64,000 bases of DNA from Candidatus Poribacteria bacterium (GCA_965198235.1 OZ240248.1:3072001-3136000), one strand, 5' to 3'. Shown: positions 29,038 through 39,690, counted from the stretch's first letter. Notes: generated by a model from the letters alone, not told the origin. Program-made: numbers and translations.

Positions 29038-32000
29038 TTAAAAGCGTCCCTTGAATTCAATGTCAATCCCGTGTTCCCTTTTTTCGTTCGTTTCAATCTT
29101 AATGGATACATTTTTTCCAAGTGGGTACTCCGCACTGATATATCGGGCATCTTCATCAAGCGGGCGATGAAAACTAAACGTGAACCCACCGAGTGCGCCT
29201 GAGAGCGCGGCATTGTGTACGAGGAAAGTTATAATATCGGCATGTGTGAGGACTTCTGTGGTCGTTTCAGGCGGCGCGCTCAGGATGAAGTTGGGATTGC
29301 TTAGGGTGCCAGTAAAGGAGGCATAAACCTGAAGATCCACTGTGCTTCCATCTCTCGGTAGCACGCCTCGAATGCGGTTCGGTGTGCGGAGAAAAATATT
29401 GAGTTCCGGATCAAAATCGACGGTGCTCTGGTTACTGATTCGAGAGCCTTCGAGGAATTCAAAGGTCTGCGCAACGAACCCAATTTTTCCGCTGAGTACC
29501 GAAACGTTCCCACTGAAAACCGGCTCATTAATTGGACCGAAGAGTTTGCCTAAACAGGCGATTTCAATATCTGTAGGTCCTGTGATAGATGAAAGCACAC
29601 GAAAATTATCGGAAATGTTAATATCTACCCCATCCACATGTAAATCACGTAGAATTGGGTAGTCCAATACAAGTTCCGTTTCCTTGACCGAAACCCCTGT
29701 AAGCCAATCCCGAACTGTTTCCCAATTTTGTTGATAGTAGCCGCCCCTAATGTGTACGCTCCCTGTTAGATACGGGCGAAGAAGTTCACCGTGCAGACGA
29801 AATGCGGTGGAAGCAAGCTCAACCCGATACTGTCCCGGTTGTTCAAAAACTGTTGATGTGAGACCGGTGGACAAGTTCAACGTCGGGGGTTTCTCCCATA
29901 TATGTCTATCGGGTGGGGCTGTAACGCTGCCTGCAACCGAAAATTGCCCGTCATTCAAGGTGCCATCAAGTCTCTTAATATTCGCGCCTTTTTCTGATAA
30001 CCTAATGTCGCCTTCAGCCTCTTTAACTTCAATGCCAGCTTCCGGAAGTTCAAACCCAATATTATTAAAAACCACACCACCGTCGGCTTGTGGGGCTTCT
30101 ATCGTCCCTGTCAGTTTGATATGAATTTCACTTGTGCCTATTGCGGTGCTGAGTCCCGGAACCACAAACGGTAGCATGGTAAGGTCGTTTACTTTTATAT
30201 CCAAAGTCCCACGCATCGGGATCTGTTGGAGTTCCCTCCAAACTTTTTCTGGGGACTGTTGCAGTGCCGTAAGAAACGGAATTAACTCAAATTTGTGAGG
30301 CATCGTCCATGAGAAAGTCATTTGATTTTCACCAAAATTAACTTCAACGTACCGTTTCTCTGTAATTTCCCATTTTCCGTTCTGATATCGGATTCTCCAT
30401 CGCAGATCAATCGGGATGTCGTGTAGATAGAGTTCGGCGGGTTCGTTTTCGTGTCGCCGCAGGGTTATCTTCGGATCCGCACTGGTGCCGCTCATCTGTA
30501 GACTTCCCGACAAGGCACCGGTAACCCGATACGGCGCGGGCCACGCCCCCGTTATCGCTGAGACATCAAAATTCTTGAACCGAAGCGCGCCGTCAAATTC
30601 CCCGTTCACCGCCCATTTGCTTTCAGCATCAATACTGAGCGTTGTTTTGGCTGAAAGTGTTTGTTCATCACCACGTAAACCTTCAGGTTTTGTATCCTCA
30701 TCGGTAAAGGTCTGCTTGACTGAAAATTCATCTCGGTTTTCAAGAGTGAACATTTTAGTTAAAAACAAAGTTCCATCACTGAGAATTATCGGAGTCGGTC
30801 GCGGATCTTGGAAGTCATAACGCCGATCCATTGCCTTGAAAGCGAGGCGGACGTCATCAATTGATAAAATCGCATTTGAAACAGCCACGAGTTTTTTAAC
30901 GATTGACCCCTGGGCATCGTTCCACTTCGTTTCACGATGGTGTTCGGTGAAGTCAGAATCTTTGAGCACCTGGGGTGGGTTGGAATTCGATGAAAACCAC
31001 CGCGAAACGTAGTGGAGCGGTGACCGGAGTCCCATAGTTAAGAAGTTGTCGAACGGTACTGTTAAGGTTCTCAGTGTCGTTGTTAGATGCCCCTCTACCT
31101 CTTCTAACATGTCTGGCGATAAGGCATGACGGACAGTTGAACCGAGTGGGAATCGTTCTAATCTCAATCCTCGTAATATCAAATATTCTGGTGTTAAGCC
31201 GTCTAATGCTACCTGCCCTTGTTCAAGTTTACAGTCACCATCCCCTATGTCAAATCGGAACTCTGTGAAATCAATCAGGTCCTCTTGCACGCTGAGTTGC
31301 ATCTGCATATTCTGAAGAGGCTCGTGAAAGTCCTTGAGACGCAGTTGCGGTGCTTCAAGAAACACCTTTCCGACTGGATACGGAGAGTGACTTGTGCCTT
31401 GTATTCCCAAGTCTATGTCAACAGTACCATCTGCTTCTGAAAAGACGGTATCAATCCCTGGGAAGAAGTTGAGAGGCAGTTCGCTACCTCGAAGACGTAC
31501 ATCGATTGGTGCCGCAATAAATCGCTCAGATATATCCATCGCTTCAAATGTCAGATTAAACGGAATAACACCTGTGAGGGTTAACGTCCCTTCACGGTTT
31601 TTGAGTTCAATTCCGGTGACGTTTATGCGTTCATCTCGGTACTCGATTTTGCCTGTCCATTCCTTTTCATTGATCCTGCCGTGCCACTCTACTGCGATTT
31701 CAGGTGAGGTGAAGGTGCCTGCAATGTTGACCTCCGTCGTTGCTGTCATAGCAGGTGATGTGAGTTGTAACGGAATGTGCACAGCAAGGGGCTCTGCCTC
31801 TTCAGTGGTTCCCCCCGGATCAGATCTAAATCGGAGCGGTGCGCTGTTAGTGAGACGAAAATCGTAGCCATCAAGTTCCAGTTCGTTTATTTCACCAATT
31901 ACCGTAATCTGCTGTGGGTCTAAGCCTGTACCGCTAAGCTTAACATATCCTGAAGCGAAACCATAGTCCCCAATTTCTATTTGTGACGCTGATACATCAA

Positions 32001-35000
32001 TTTCAAAATGGCTTTCAGCCTTCGGCTGTCGGCTTTCAGTGAAGATGTTTTCTTGCCGATTGCTGATTGCTGACGGCTGTCGGCTATTTTGGCGTGAGAA
32101 CACGGCTTTTCCTTGAACACGGTAGGGACCATCTCCCATCAGTCCGTGCGCCTCCGCCCTTTGAATACGTACGAATTCTGAATCGAAGTGAATATCTACA
32201 CGAAGTCTCTCCAACGTAAGAGAGGGAATATAAGAGACCAAGCGGATCGGACGCTGTAAGGCTGTTTCAGCGTATAGTAGAGCAAGAGGCTCAGCGAGCG
32301 TACCACCGATCTCTACTGAAGCTTCTAAAATTCCAGTTATCTCGTCACCAGAGACAAGGGTATCGATAGCTTCCATCGGTAAGGTAGCGAGATCTAAGGC
32401 AATCGTATCGACGCGGAGGTGTAACTCCGAGTTATTGATCTCTTCGGGCTGAACGTCAATATACCCTTCCAAGTTCACGTCGTTACCGAAGAGTTTGAAA
32501 GCGCACCCCTCAAAACGCAGCGTCTTCTCCTGATATGTTATTGCACCACCCGCATCGGCGATGTCAATATCACCCGCTTCTGTTTCTAATGTTAGCGTCG
32601 GGATTGCCCATTCTAACTGAACACTGGGTTGGGTGGGTGTTCCTGTCGCTTTCAAGTCGTAACGGGCGACACCGGTTTGCAGCATGCCAATCGGAAGTCC
32701 CAATGCGTCTGCAAACGGCGGCAGCGCGAACCCGTCAGATACAACGTGCAGGTTCATCGTCTCACTTTTTGCATCCAGGGTTCCTGTCAATTCAAGAAAT
32801 GGGTTTTTTAATGATTCGCTAGGCGTTAAATCAAGCGATTGGTTTAGCGACGGTTTTTTCTTAACCTCCGCCTGCGCCGTTGTTGCAGGCTGCCGTTTTT
32901 TTGTTGATTCAGATGTCCTTAAGGAAAGGACATCGATTGTCCATTTGTCGTCTTTGAGATGCAGGCGAATCGGTTCAGCATTTGTGAACGTAATTCCCTG
33001 CGCTGTAGTGGTCTCGTAGTGGAGTTGGGAGGTCCTGACAAGAATATCCACATCGTAGGGATAGATCTGCTGTTTCTGGGATTCAGAGGCTATGTTCTCG
33101 GCTGATGGCGCAAGGTCTGCCACTGTTCCACTTATTGACGCGCTCCCGCCAGCGGTCCCTGTAACCGCTTCAAGTGCTGGGTGTAGTATGGGCAGGATCG
33201 GTGTAATATTAAATGTCTCACTCTCCGCTGTGAATTGGTACGGATTCCCTGTAGCCATGCTGACGTAACCCTGAATCCGGCTTGTTCTCTCAAACCCGTG
33301 TCCATGGAAGTCGAAGAAACTGGCGAAAATATCAGGTTCACCGCCGGTTTCAGAGTTATCAGTGTATTGGCTATCAGCCATCGGTTTCCGTCGGTTGTCG
33401 GTTAAGAGGTTTTTTGGTGAAGTGACACCCTCTTGCTCAGACTCTCCCACGCGCTTCAAAAGCTTTGTATCAGTAGGTGTGGGCGAGTCTGTGCTGACGG
33501 CTGACGGCTGAAGACTATTTTCTACGAGTGTGCCGAGCAGATAGACATCACCGAGCGGATATTTCGTCCCGCGTTCGTTATGTAGGAAGGTTACATCTGA
33601 GAAATCGAGTTCAACCTGAAAATCGGCACTTACCGGTTTTTTGAGCGTTCCAACGACCCGAACATCGAATCGTCCTTCAAAGGGGAAATCGGAGAGGTTT
33701 GCCGCCTTTGCAATTTCTTCTAAGTGGACAGACGCGTCGCTTTCGAGGCGGAGGTCATAGTCACCGTTCGAGGCTACTGCAACATTAAGTGTAACCTGCT
33801 GCCCGCGGGTAGTCATCTTGAAGTCTGGCACTGTGAGGTTGTAATCCTCAATTTCCAAAGGGAGCGTCAGCGGATCCAAATGAATACCCCATGCTACGCC
33901 TTCGGTAACACTGAAGTTAGCAGTGCCATCCAGATTGATGAGCGTTCCATCCAATTTGAGTTCGCCTCTGATTTCACCGTCTACAGGATATTCGGCACCT
34001 AACAATAGTTTCGAGTAATGTTGAACGTAAACCGGATCGGCGACGATGCTGAAATTCGCTGGGAATTCGTCTTTGACCTCCACAGTCCCCGTAATTGTGG
34101 TCCGACTCTCGTATTCAGTTTTTCTAATTATTGCTCCTGGGCTGCCCTCCACTGTGGGAGGGGTTTGTAACCCCGATTTCTTTCGGTCAGGTTTTTGGTT
34201 GATTCCACCTGAGTTAGGGAAATCAGGTGTGGCTTCTATGGTGTTTTTCGTCATCAAACCGTTTTCGATAAATACCCGTCCGTCTTGATAGCGAAAATTA
34301 CCCGCCAAAATGCCGATCGGAATGTCATTGAAGGTCGCATTCAGGATTTCCATAAACCCGGTCAGTGTGCCCTCCGATAACTGCGCAGACAATTCCGCTG
34401 TCCCGCTGATATCCGTACTGTTGGCGATTTTCATTAGGTCATCGAAATTGATGCCCAAGGCGTGAATCTCCAACACATCTTGTTGGTCCAAGGGGAAGGG
34501 ACCTGTGATATTAATCTCGGTTTCATCTAAGTTCCCGTCGATTTTCAATTCACCCGCTGCTATTGTGCAATTGAACATTGAATCGTCAAGTTTCACTTCG
34601 TCGAGGGTTGTTTCTGTTAGCACTATCTTACTGTCGAGTTCGAGACTTTGTAGGGGCGAGGTAACCTCGCCCCTACGTCCGCCGAATTCTCCGCTGCCGG
34701 AGAGAAGTCCTGTGCTATCTACAAGGTTTTCTGGCAGTTGGACGAACATCGACAGCAGGGGAATCAGCTGTATTTTTGTAGCATCCCATTTTCCACGGTA
34801 GCGAATCGGATGGAGCGTTAATTGTTGAAGCTGCGTTAGCAGATCGCCTTCCAACGCGTTTTCTGATGTGATGCTTCCATCGCCGACCACGGTGCCGTCG
34901 GCGACTTGGAAACTAAGTTTTTTTAATGTGAATATTGGGGAGGGTTCAGAATTGAAATCCGCGTCAACATGTCCTGCTGTCAACGCTATATTGGGGAGAC

Positions 35001-35922
35001 CGTTCTCTGCTGTGACAACGGAGAACGTCGGTATTTTCACAGAGAGTGTGCCTACTAAGGCAGAATCTGTACCGTTCACTGTCAGCGTTGCATCAACATC
35101 ACCTTCAAGTTCGATGTCTTCGCCAAAAAACGGCTCTACATCTACTACGTTCAGGTTCAAGTCAAGTCTGCTGTTCCAAGAGGTGGCGGTTTTTCCGTGG
35201 ATAAATCCACCTCTAACCTCCAAATTGGAGTCGCCAAATTCCAGTTGGAGTCTATCTAATGTGGTACCGCTGGCTAAAATCTGAAAATCGGCATCAAAGT
35301 TGTTGATCGCAGTTTCGGCACCGTTGACCCTGAAACTACCACTTTTAATTTTAAACGTTCCTTCATGCTTCCATGTGTTGAGCGGTCCCTTTACCTCAAT
35401 AGAAACGCCTTCAATACTTAGATCAAGGTTCCGTTGCGTGTCGGTGTAGTCGATGGTGCCGTCAGTAAAGTGGAGCAATTCAATGGCAAAACCGAATTCT
35501 GGCGTGTCCTTACGGGTCGGATTTTCACGGAAAATATTGAACAGATTGAGTTCATCAGGGTCGGGCTTCGCATGGATTTGTGGGGTCTTCACACTTAGTT
35601 CCTTCACCTCAAATTTGCGAGTTAACAACCCTAACAGATTATATTTAAGTACAACTTTTCCTGTGGAGATTACCGGCAGGTTTGTCTCGTCTTTTTTGGA
35701 AATTGCGATACTCTCGACAGTAACACTTCCTAAAATATTCCCCTCTATGTTGCCGATGCGTGCCTTGTAGTTGGTGTCTATCCGATTTTTGAGTTCGGTC
35801 TCAAGCCGTCCCTCTACCCAACCCAGAAAGGTCCTTGAGCGGATAAAGAAAAGAGTTCCACATAGCCCGACAATGAGAAATATCCCGACGAAAATAGATA
35901 TTTTTTGGAGTCTTTTTCGCAT
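29038..35922 (-). CDS. TamB/AsmA-like protein (2294 aa)
   Basis: N-terminal TM anchor, repeated beta-taco motifs (GTLAEP, GTSADP, GTLSNP); adjacent to the Omp85 gene. Confidence 0.85.
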   Translation of the reverse strand: MRKRLQKISIFVGIFLIVGLCGTLFFIRSRTFLGWVEGRLETELKNRIDTNYKARIGNIEGNILGSVTVESIAISKKDETNLPVISTGKVVLKYNLLGLLTRKFEVKELSVKTPQIHAKPDPDELNLFNIFRENPTRKDTPEFGFAIELLHFTDGTIDYTDTQRNLDLSIEGVSIEVKGPLNTWKHEGTFKIKSGSFRVNGAETAINNFDADFQILASGTTLDRLQLEFGDSNLEVRGGFIHGKTATSWNSRLDLNLNVVDVEPFFGEDIELEGDVDATLTVNGTDSALVGTLSVKIPTFSVVTAENGLPNIALTAGHVDADFNSEPSPIFTLKKLSFQVADGTVVGDGSITSENALEGDLLTQLQQLTLHPIRYRGKWDATKIQLIPLLSMFVQLPENLVDSTGLLSGSGEFGGRRGEVTSPLQSLELDSKIVLTETTLDEVKLDDSMFNCTIAAGELKIDGNLDETEINITGPFPLDQQDVLEIHALGINFDDLMKIANSTDISGTAELSAQLSEGTLTGFMEILNATFNDIPIGILAGNFRYQDGRVFIENGLMTKNTIEATPDFPNSGGINQKPDRKKSGLQTPPTVEGSPGAIIRKTEYESRTTITGTVEVKDEFPANFSIVADPVYVQHYSKLLLGAEYPVDGEIRGELKLDGTLINLDGTANFSVTEGVAWGIHLDPLTLPLEIEDYNLTVPDFKMTTRGQQVTLNVAVASNGDYDLRLESDASVHLEEIAKAANLSDFPFEGRFDVRVVGTLKKPVSADFQVELDFSDVTFLHNERGTKYPLGDVYLLGTLVENSLQPSAVSTDSPTPTDTKLLKRVGESEQEGVTSPKNLLTDNRRKPMADSQYTDNSETGGEPDIFASFFDFHGHGFERTSRIQGYVSMATGNPYQFTAESETFNITPILPILHPALEAVTGTAGGSASISGTVADLAPSAENIASESQKQQIYPYDVDILVRTSQLHYETTTAQGITFTNAEPIRLHLKDDKWTIDVLSLRTSESTKKRQPATTAQAEVKKKPSLNQSLDLTPSESLKNPFLELTGTLDAKSETMNLHVVSDGFALPPFADALGLPIGMLQTGVARYDLKATGTPTQPSVQLEWAIPTLTLETEAGDIDIADAGGAITYQEKTLRFEGCAFKLFGNDVNLEGYIDVQPEEINNSELHLRVDTIALDLATLPMEAIDTLVSGDEITGILEASVEIGGTLAEPLALLYAETALQRPIRLVSYIPSLTLERLRVDIHFDSEFVRIQRAEAHGLMGDGPYRVQGKAVFSRQNSRQPSAISNRQENIFTESRQPKAESHFEIDVSASQIEIGDYGFASGYVKLSGTGLDPQQITVIGEINELELDGYDFRLTNSAPLRFRSDPGGTTEEAEPLAVHIPLQLTSPAMTATTEVNIAGTFTSPEIAVEWHGRINEKEWTGKIEYRDERINVTGIELKNREGTLTLTGVIPFNLTFEAMDISERFIAAPIDVRLRGSELPLNFFPGIDTVFSEADGTVDIDLGIQGTSHSPYPVGKVFLEAPQLRLKDFHEPLQNMQMQLSVQEDLIDFTEFRFDIGDGDCKLEQGQVALDGLTPEYLILRGLRLERFPLGSTVRHALSPDMLEEVEGHLTTTLRTLTVPFDNFLTMGLRSPLHYVSRWFSSNSNPPQVLKDSDFTEHHRETKWNDAQGSIVKKLVAVSNAILSIDDVRLAFKAMDRRYDFQDPRPTPIILSDGTLFLTKMFTLENRDEFSVKQTFTDEDTKPEGLRGDEQTLSAKTTLSIDAESKWAVNGEFDGALRFKNFDVSAITGAWPAPYRVTGALSGSLQMSGTSADPKITLRRHENEPAELYLHDIPIDLRWRIRYQNGKWEITEKRYVEVNFGENQMTFSWTMPHKFELIPFLTALQQSPEKVWRELQQIPMRGTLDIKVNDLTMLPFVVPGLSTAIGTSEIHIKLTGTIEAPQADGGVVFNNIGFELPEAGIEVKEAEGDIRLSEKGANIKRLDGTLNDGQFSVAGSVTAPPDRHIWEKPPTLNLSTGLTSTVFEQPGQYRVELASTAFRLHGELLRPYLTGSVHIRGGYYQQNWETVRDWLTGVSVKETELVLDYPILRDLHVDGVDINISDNFRVLSSITGPTDIEIACLGKLFGPINEPVFSGNVSVLSGKIGFVAQTFEFLEGSRISNQSTVDFDPELNIFLRTPNRIRGVLPRDGSTVDLQVYASFTGTLSNPNFILSAPPETTTEVLTHADIITFLVHNAALSGALGGFTFSFHRPLDEDARYISAEYPLGKNVSIKIETNEKREHGIDIEFKGRF
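30893..31044. mobile_element. MITE-like element of about 150 bp in frame inside tamB
   Basis: TTAAC ends and two subterminal GGA-loop hairpins; core matches intergenic 39376-39416 in the opposite orientation. Confidence 0.7.
34650..34676. repeat. 27-bp perfect REP-like palindrome in frame inside tamB
   Basis: GTAGGGGCGAGGT-A-ACCTCGCCCCTAC. Confidence 0.85.
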
Positions 35923-36059
35923 ATTTTAATTTATGGTCCTCTGAGCGATGCCTCCGTTGTTGGCATCGAATGTAAAATTGTTAAGAAACCTTTGATAATC
36001 TAAAGTCGGGTTTTTAACGATTGGAAGACTGCGCGGAACGTTTTTCTAACTATAGAAAT

Positions 36060-36133
36060 CTGGGCGTTGCTCCAAATGTAAAGCAAAGACAAATTATGCC
36101 ATTTAAGGAAACCTAATTTCATTCCGCAACGGT
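36060..36133 (-). repeat. 74-bp dispersed repeat, copy 1
   Basis: Exact reverse complement of 39421-39494. Confidence 0.92.
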
Positions 36134-36218
36134 GGAAGTTGTGTCAACTGCTCCAGGTGCTGAAAGGAATTCCTTTGAAGTTCTCCAGCGGAGAGCCATG
36201 TCTATAGAGAAGTGCAGC

Positions 36219-37085
36219 TCAGGAGTACATAGTTAAAAAAGCCGCCTCTACAATCTCTGCAGTCGTTTGCTGGGCTTGCTGGGAATTCGTCCGTTCATCT
36301 GCTGGAGTATCCATGTGAACCGTAAGCCAAAGCAAGTACTCAATATTTCCGATGTCCTTGTGGATCGGTGAATAGGTCAGTCCTCTCACTGTGGCTCCGA
36401 GTTTTTCCGTGACGAAAGCACTGAGGTTATCTATCGTCTGGATATGTACCTGTTTGTCAGACACGATTCCACCTTTTTTCACATGTTCCTTTCCTGCTTC
36501 AAATTGCGGTTTGAGCAGTGCGATGATGTCGTAATCCGTTTCTACGCGCCCTTCCTGTTGTGTTATAAGTTTGATGACACTCGGCAGTACCGTCCTCAAA
36601 GAGATAAAAGAGACATCGATCACAGCGATGGAGGCACAGTCTTCCGTGTCATTCAACACCGATGTTTTTAGAAGTGCTGGCGTTAGGTGTCGGATGTTCG
36701 TTTTCTCAATCGGTTGCACTTGTGGATGCGTCCGAAGTTTCCACGCCAGTTGTCCATAACCGACATCGATGGCATAGACGAATTTCGCACCGTGCTGGAG
36801 GAGGCAGTCTGTGAACCCGCCTGTTGACGCACCAACATCAAGCGCAACCCGATTTTGGACGTTTATATCAAAGGTGTGGAACACCTTTTCTAACTTGAGC
36901 CCGCCTCGGCTGACATATTTTTGTTGCTGCTGCACGACCACCTTGGCATCGGAGGGGATACGCTGCCCTGGCTTAATTCTGGAGTTCCCGTTAACAGTTA
37001 CCGCACCCGCAAGAATGAGCCGTTTCGCCTGTTCCCGACTCTCTACCAAGTCGTGCTCTACCAGAAAGGTGTCTATCCGTTGCAT
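36219..37085 (-). CDS. tlyA: TlyA-family rRNA methyltransferase
   Basis: S4 domain, YVSRGGLKL, DVGASTGGFTD, DVSFISL, KPQFE. Confidence 0.95.
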   Translation of the reverse strand: MQRIDTFLVEHDLVESREQAKRLILAGAVTVNGNSRIKPGQRIPSDAKVVVQQQQKYVSRGGLKLEKVFHTFDINVQNRVALDVGASTGGFTDCLLQHGAKFVYAIDVGYGQLAWKLRTHPQVQPIEKTNIRHLTPALLKTSVLNDTEDCASIAVIDVSFISLRTVLPSVIKLITQQEGRVETDYDIIALLKPQFEAGKEHVKKGGIVSDKQVHIQTIDNLSAFVTEKLGATVRGLTYSPIHKDIGNIEYLLWLTVHMDTPADERTNSQQAQQTTAEIVEAAFLTMYS

Positions 37086-37369
37086 TTTTTTAACGATTGG
37101 CCTCTGCGCATCGTTCCACTACGTTCCACGATGGTTTCCGGCGAAGGTCCATGGGGTTGGTAACATGAAATCGATTTTCAGATTTTTTAACGATTGGCCA
37201 TTGCACATCGTTTCTCTATAGAGATTGTTTCGCAGTGAGAACCCTAAGAGTCGAGGGAAACACCCCAGCAAAAACACCCCTCCCACAGTTCAGTTCTCGT
37301 TGAAATTGACCAAAAACCTGCCTGAAACGTAGTGGAAGGCAGATCGAGGGCCAATTATTTAAAAACCAA

Positions 37370-39220
37370 TTATTTAAAAGCCTGAGCTGTGCGAACAACC
37401 GCATCGGCATCGCACTGACATAAGGCATAGAGATGCGGGACATCACCGTGTTCAATAAATTCATCTGGAATGCCGAGATTTCTGATCTGCACATCTTTGA
37501 TACCTGCCGCGGCGATCGCTTCCAAAACTGCACTACCGAAACCGCCCATTATCACGCCATCTTCAATCGTAATTACCTTACCGATCCGTTCCGCAAGCGG
37601 TAGAATCGTTTCAGTGTCCAGCGGCTTGACAAATCGTGCGTTAATAACCGCCGCTGAGATTCCAGAATCGGCTAACGTTTGTGCAGCTTCAAGCGCAGGA
37701 TAGACGCGATTGCCGATGGCAATCACGAGCACATCCTCACCCTCTCTAACGATTTCACTTTTTCCAATCGGTAGTGCCTGCGGTTCCGCTGCTATTTTCA
37801 CACCGACACCGGTGCCGCGCGGGTAACGGAACGCAATGGGACCCTCTTGATACGCCACGGCTGTCTTCACCATAGATTGTAGTTCGTTCTCGTCTTTGGG
37901 TGCCATGACGACCATGTTTGGAATAGAGCGGAGAAATGCCAAATCGAAAACGCCGTGATGCGTTGGACCATCCGCCCCGACAAGCCCGCTTCTGTCCAAT
38001 GCGAAAATAACCGGAAGGTTTTGGATACACACGTCGTGTAACACTTGGTCGTAACTTCGCTGGAGGAAGGTGGAATAGATAGCGGCAACGGGACGCATTC
38101 CTTGGGTAGCAAGTCCACCCGCAAACGTAACGGCGCACTGCTCTGCCAAGCCGATATCGAAGCATCGACTCGGAAATGCGCTGGCAAATTTATCGAGCCC
38201 TGTACCACCGGGCATCGCTGCCGTCACACCGACGATTCGTGCATCACGTTTCGCTAATTCAATCAACGTTCGGCTGAATACTTCCGTATAGGCGGGTGCT
38301 TCAGGTTTCGGTTTGGTTGTCTTTCCTGTTTTCAGATTGAACGGACCACTGACACTATAGAACCCGACGGGATCTTCTTCTGCTGGCGTATAGCCGCGAC
38401 CCTTTTCGGTTACGACATGCAGTAAAATAGGACCCGTGAGACTGCGGATGCCCGTCAAAACCGGGATCAATGCCTCTAAATCGTTACCATCGAGCGGACC
38501 GAAATAGCGGAATCCGAATTCCTCAAACAGAGTACCCGGTTTCAAGGATGCTTCAATCTTCCTTGCTATCTGCTTGGCATCTTCTGAAATCAAGTTCATC
38601 AACCCTTTCGCACCAGAGCGGAGGAAGTTGTACTGTGGTGAACTCGTGAGCTTGTGAAAATGTTTAGAGAACGCGCCGACAGTCGCTGAAATGGACATGT
38701 TGTTGTCGTTGAGAATGATGGTCATATCGTTTCTAAAGTCACCGGCGGCGTTCAACGCTTCAAATGCCATTCCACCTGTTAACCCGCCGTCTCCGATGAC
38801 AGCGACGACTTTGTAATGTTCATTGATGAGATCTCTGGCAGTGGCGACCCCTAATGCCGCGGCAATAGAAGTACTGGAGTGTCCCGCACCAAAGACATCA
38901 TATTCACTCTCGGCTCTGCTGAGGAACCCGCTGATACCACCACTTTGTCGGAGGGTTGGGAACGATTCCCGTCTTCCGGTGAGCAGTTTATGCGGATACG
39001 CCTGATGCCCGATGTCCCAGATGACTTTGTCGCGCGGTGTATCATATACTTTGTGCAACGCGATTGCGAGTTCGACCGTCCCGAAGTTCGGCGCGAAATG
39101 CCCTGGATGCTCAGAGAGCACTGCCAATAGATAGGCGCGCATCTCATCAGCGAGTACTTTGAGTTCATCGAGCTCAAGTTTTTTCAAATCTGCCGGGTTG
39201 TTAATTGTTTCTAAGAACAT
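37370..39220 (-). CDS. dxs: 1-deoxy-D-xylulose-5-phosphate synthase
   Basis: WDIGHQAYPHK, GDGGLTGGMAFEALN, YSTFLQR, DGPTHHG. Confidence 0.97.
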   Translation of the reverse strand: MFLETINNPADLKKLELDELKVLADEMRAYLLAVLSEHPGHFAPNFGTVELAIALHKVYDTPRDKVIWDIGHQAYPHKLLTGRRESFPTLRQSGGISGFLSRAESEYDVFGAGHSSTSIAAALGVATARDLINEHYKVVAVIGDGGLTGGMAFEALNAAGDFRNDMTIILNDNNMSISATVGAFSKHFHKLTSSPQYNFLRSGAKGLMNLISEDAKQIARKIEASLKPGTLFEEFGFRYFGPLDGNDLEALIPVLTGIRSLTGPILLHVVTEKGRGYTPAEEDPVGFYSVSGPFNLKTGKTTKPKPEAPAYTEVFSRTLIELAKRDARIVGVTAAMPGGTGLDKFASAFPSRCFDIGLAEQCAVTFAGGLATQGMRPVAAIYSTFLQRSYDQVLHDVCIQNLPVIFALDRSGLVGADGPTHHGVFDLAFLRSIPNMVVMAPKDENELQSMVKTAVAYQEGPIAFRYPRGTGVGVKIAAEPQALPIGKSEIVREGEDVLVIAIGNRVYPALEAAQTLADSGISAAVINARFVKPLDTETILPLAERIGKVITIEDGVIMGGFGSAVLEAIAAAGIKDVQIRNLGIPDEFIEHGDVPHLYALCQCDADAVVRTAQAFK

Positions 39221-39420
39221 ATTTTTAACTATGTGCTTCCGGTCGGCGTTTCCGTTGTCAACGCCGGTATAAAATTGGTTAAAAAAACAGGTTTTAGGTT
39301 TGAAAAATTTTTACGATTTTCTAACGACAGCATCCTCGGCATCGTTCCACTTCGTTTCACGATGTATCTGGTAAACTCCAACCCACTCTAGGAGTTCAAA
39401 AGGTTCTGACTTCACCAGAG

Positions 39421-39494
39421 ACCGTTGCGGAATGAAATTAGGTTTCCTTAAATGGCATAATTTGTCTTTGCTTTACATTTGGAGCAACGCCCAG
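39421..39494 (+). repeat. 74-bp dispersed repeat, copy 2
   Basis: ACCGTTGCGGAATGAAATTAGG...GGAGCAACGCCCAG; an interrupted third copy lies at about 43008-43113. Confidence 0.92.
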
Positions 39495-39504
39495 GAGTAA
39501 TAAA

Positions 39505-39690
39505 TTAAAAATCTGTTTCGAGAACGGTTTCTACCCGCTGTTCAGCGTTTTCGAGCATCTGCCTGCATGATGAAATTAAACCGATGCCTTCTTCAAAGAG
39601 TTTGAGAGAATCCTCAAGCGGTAGTTCGTTACCTTCTTCGAGTTGTTCAACAATTTGTGTCAGTTTTCTGAGTTTTTCTTCAAATGTCAT
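39505..39690 (-). CDS. xseB: exodeoxyribonuclease VII small subunit
   Basis: TFEEKL...LPLEDSLKLFEEG...LENAEQRV. Confidence 0.93.
   Translation of the reverse strand: MTFEEKLRKLTQIVEQLEEGNELPLEDSLKLFEEGIGLISSCRQMLENAEQRVETVLETDF

Noticed and set aside
28869-29213. Long N-terminal extension of the Omp85 ORF
   Set aside because: Overlaps the tamB 3' end by 176 nt and crosses repeats; a signal-like segment lies downstream, though the true start is unresolved.
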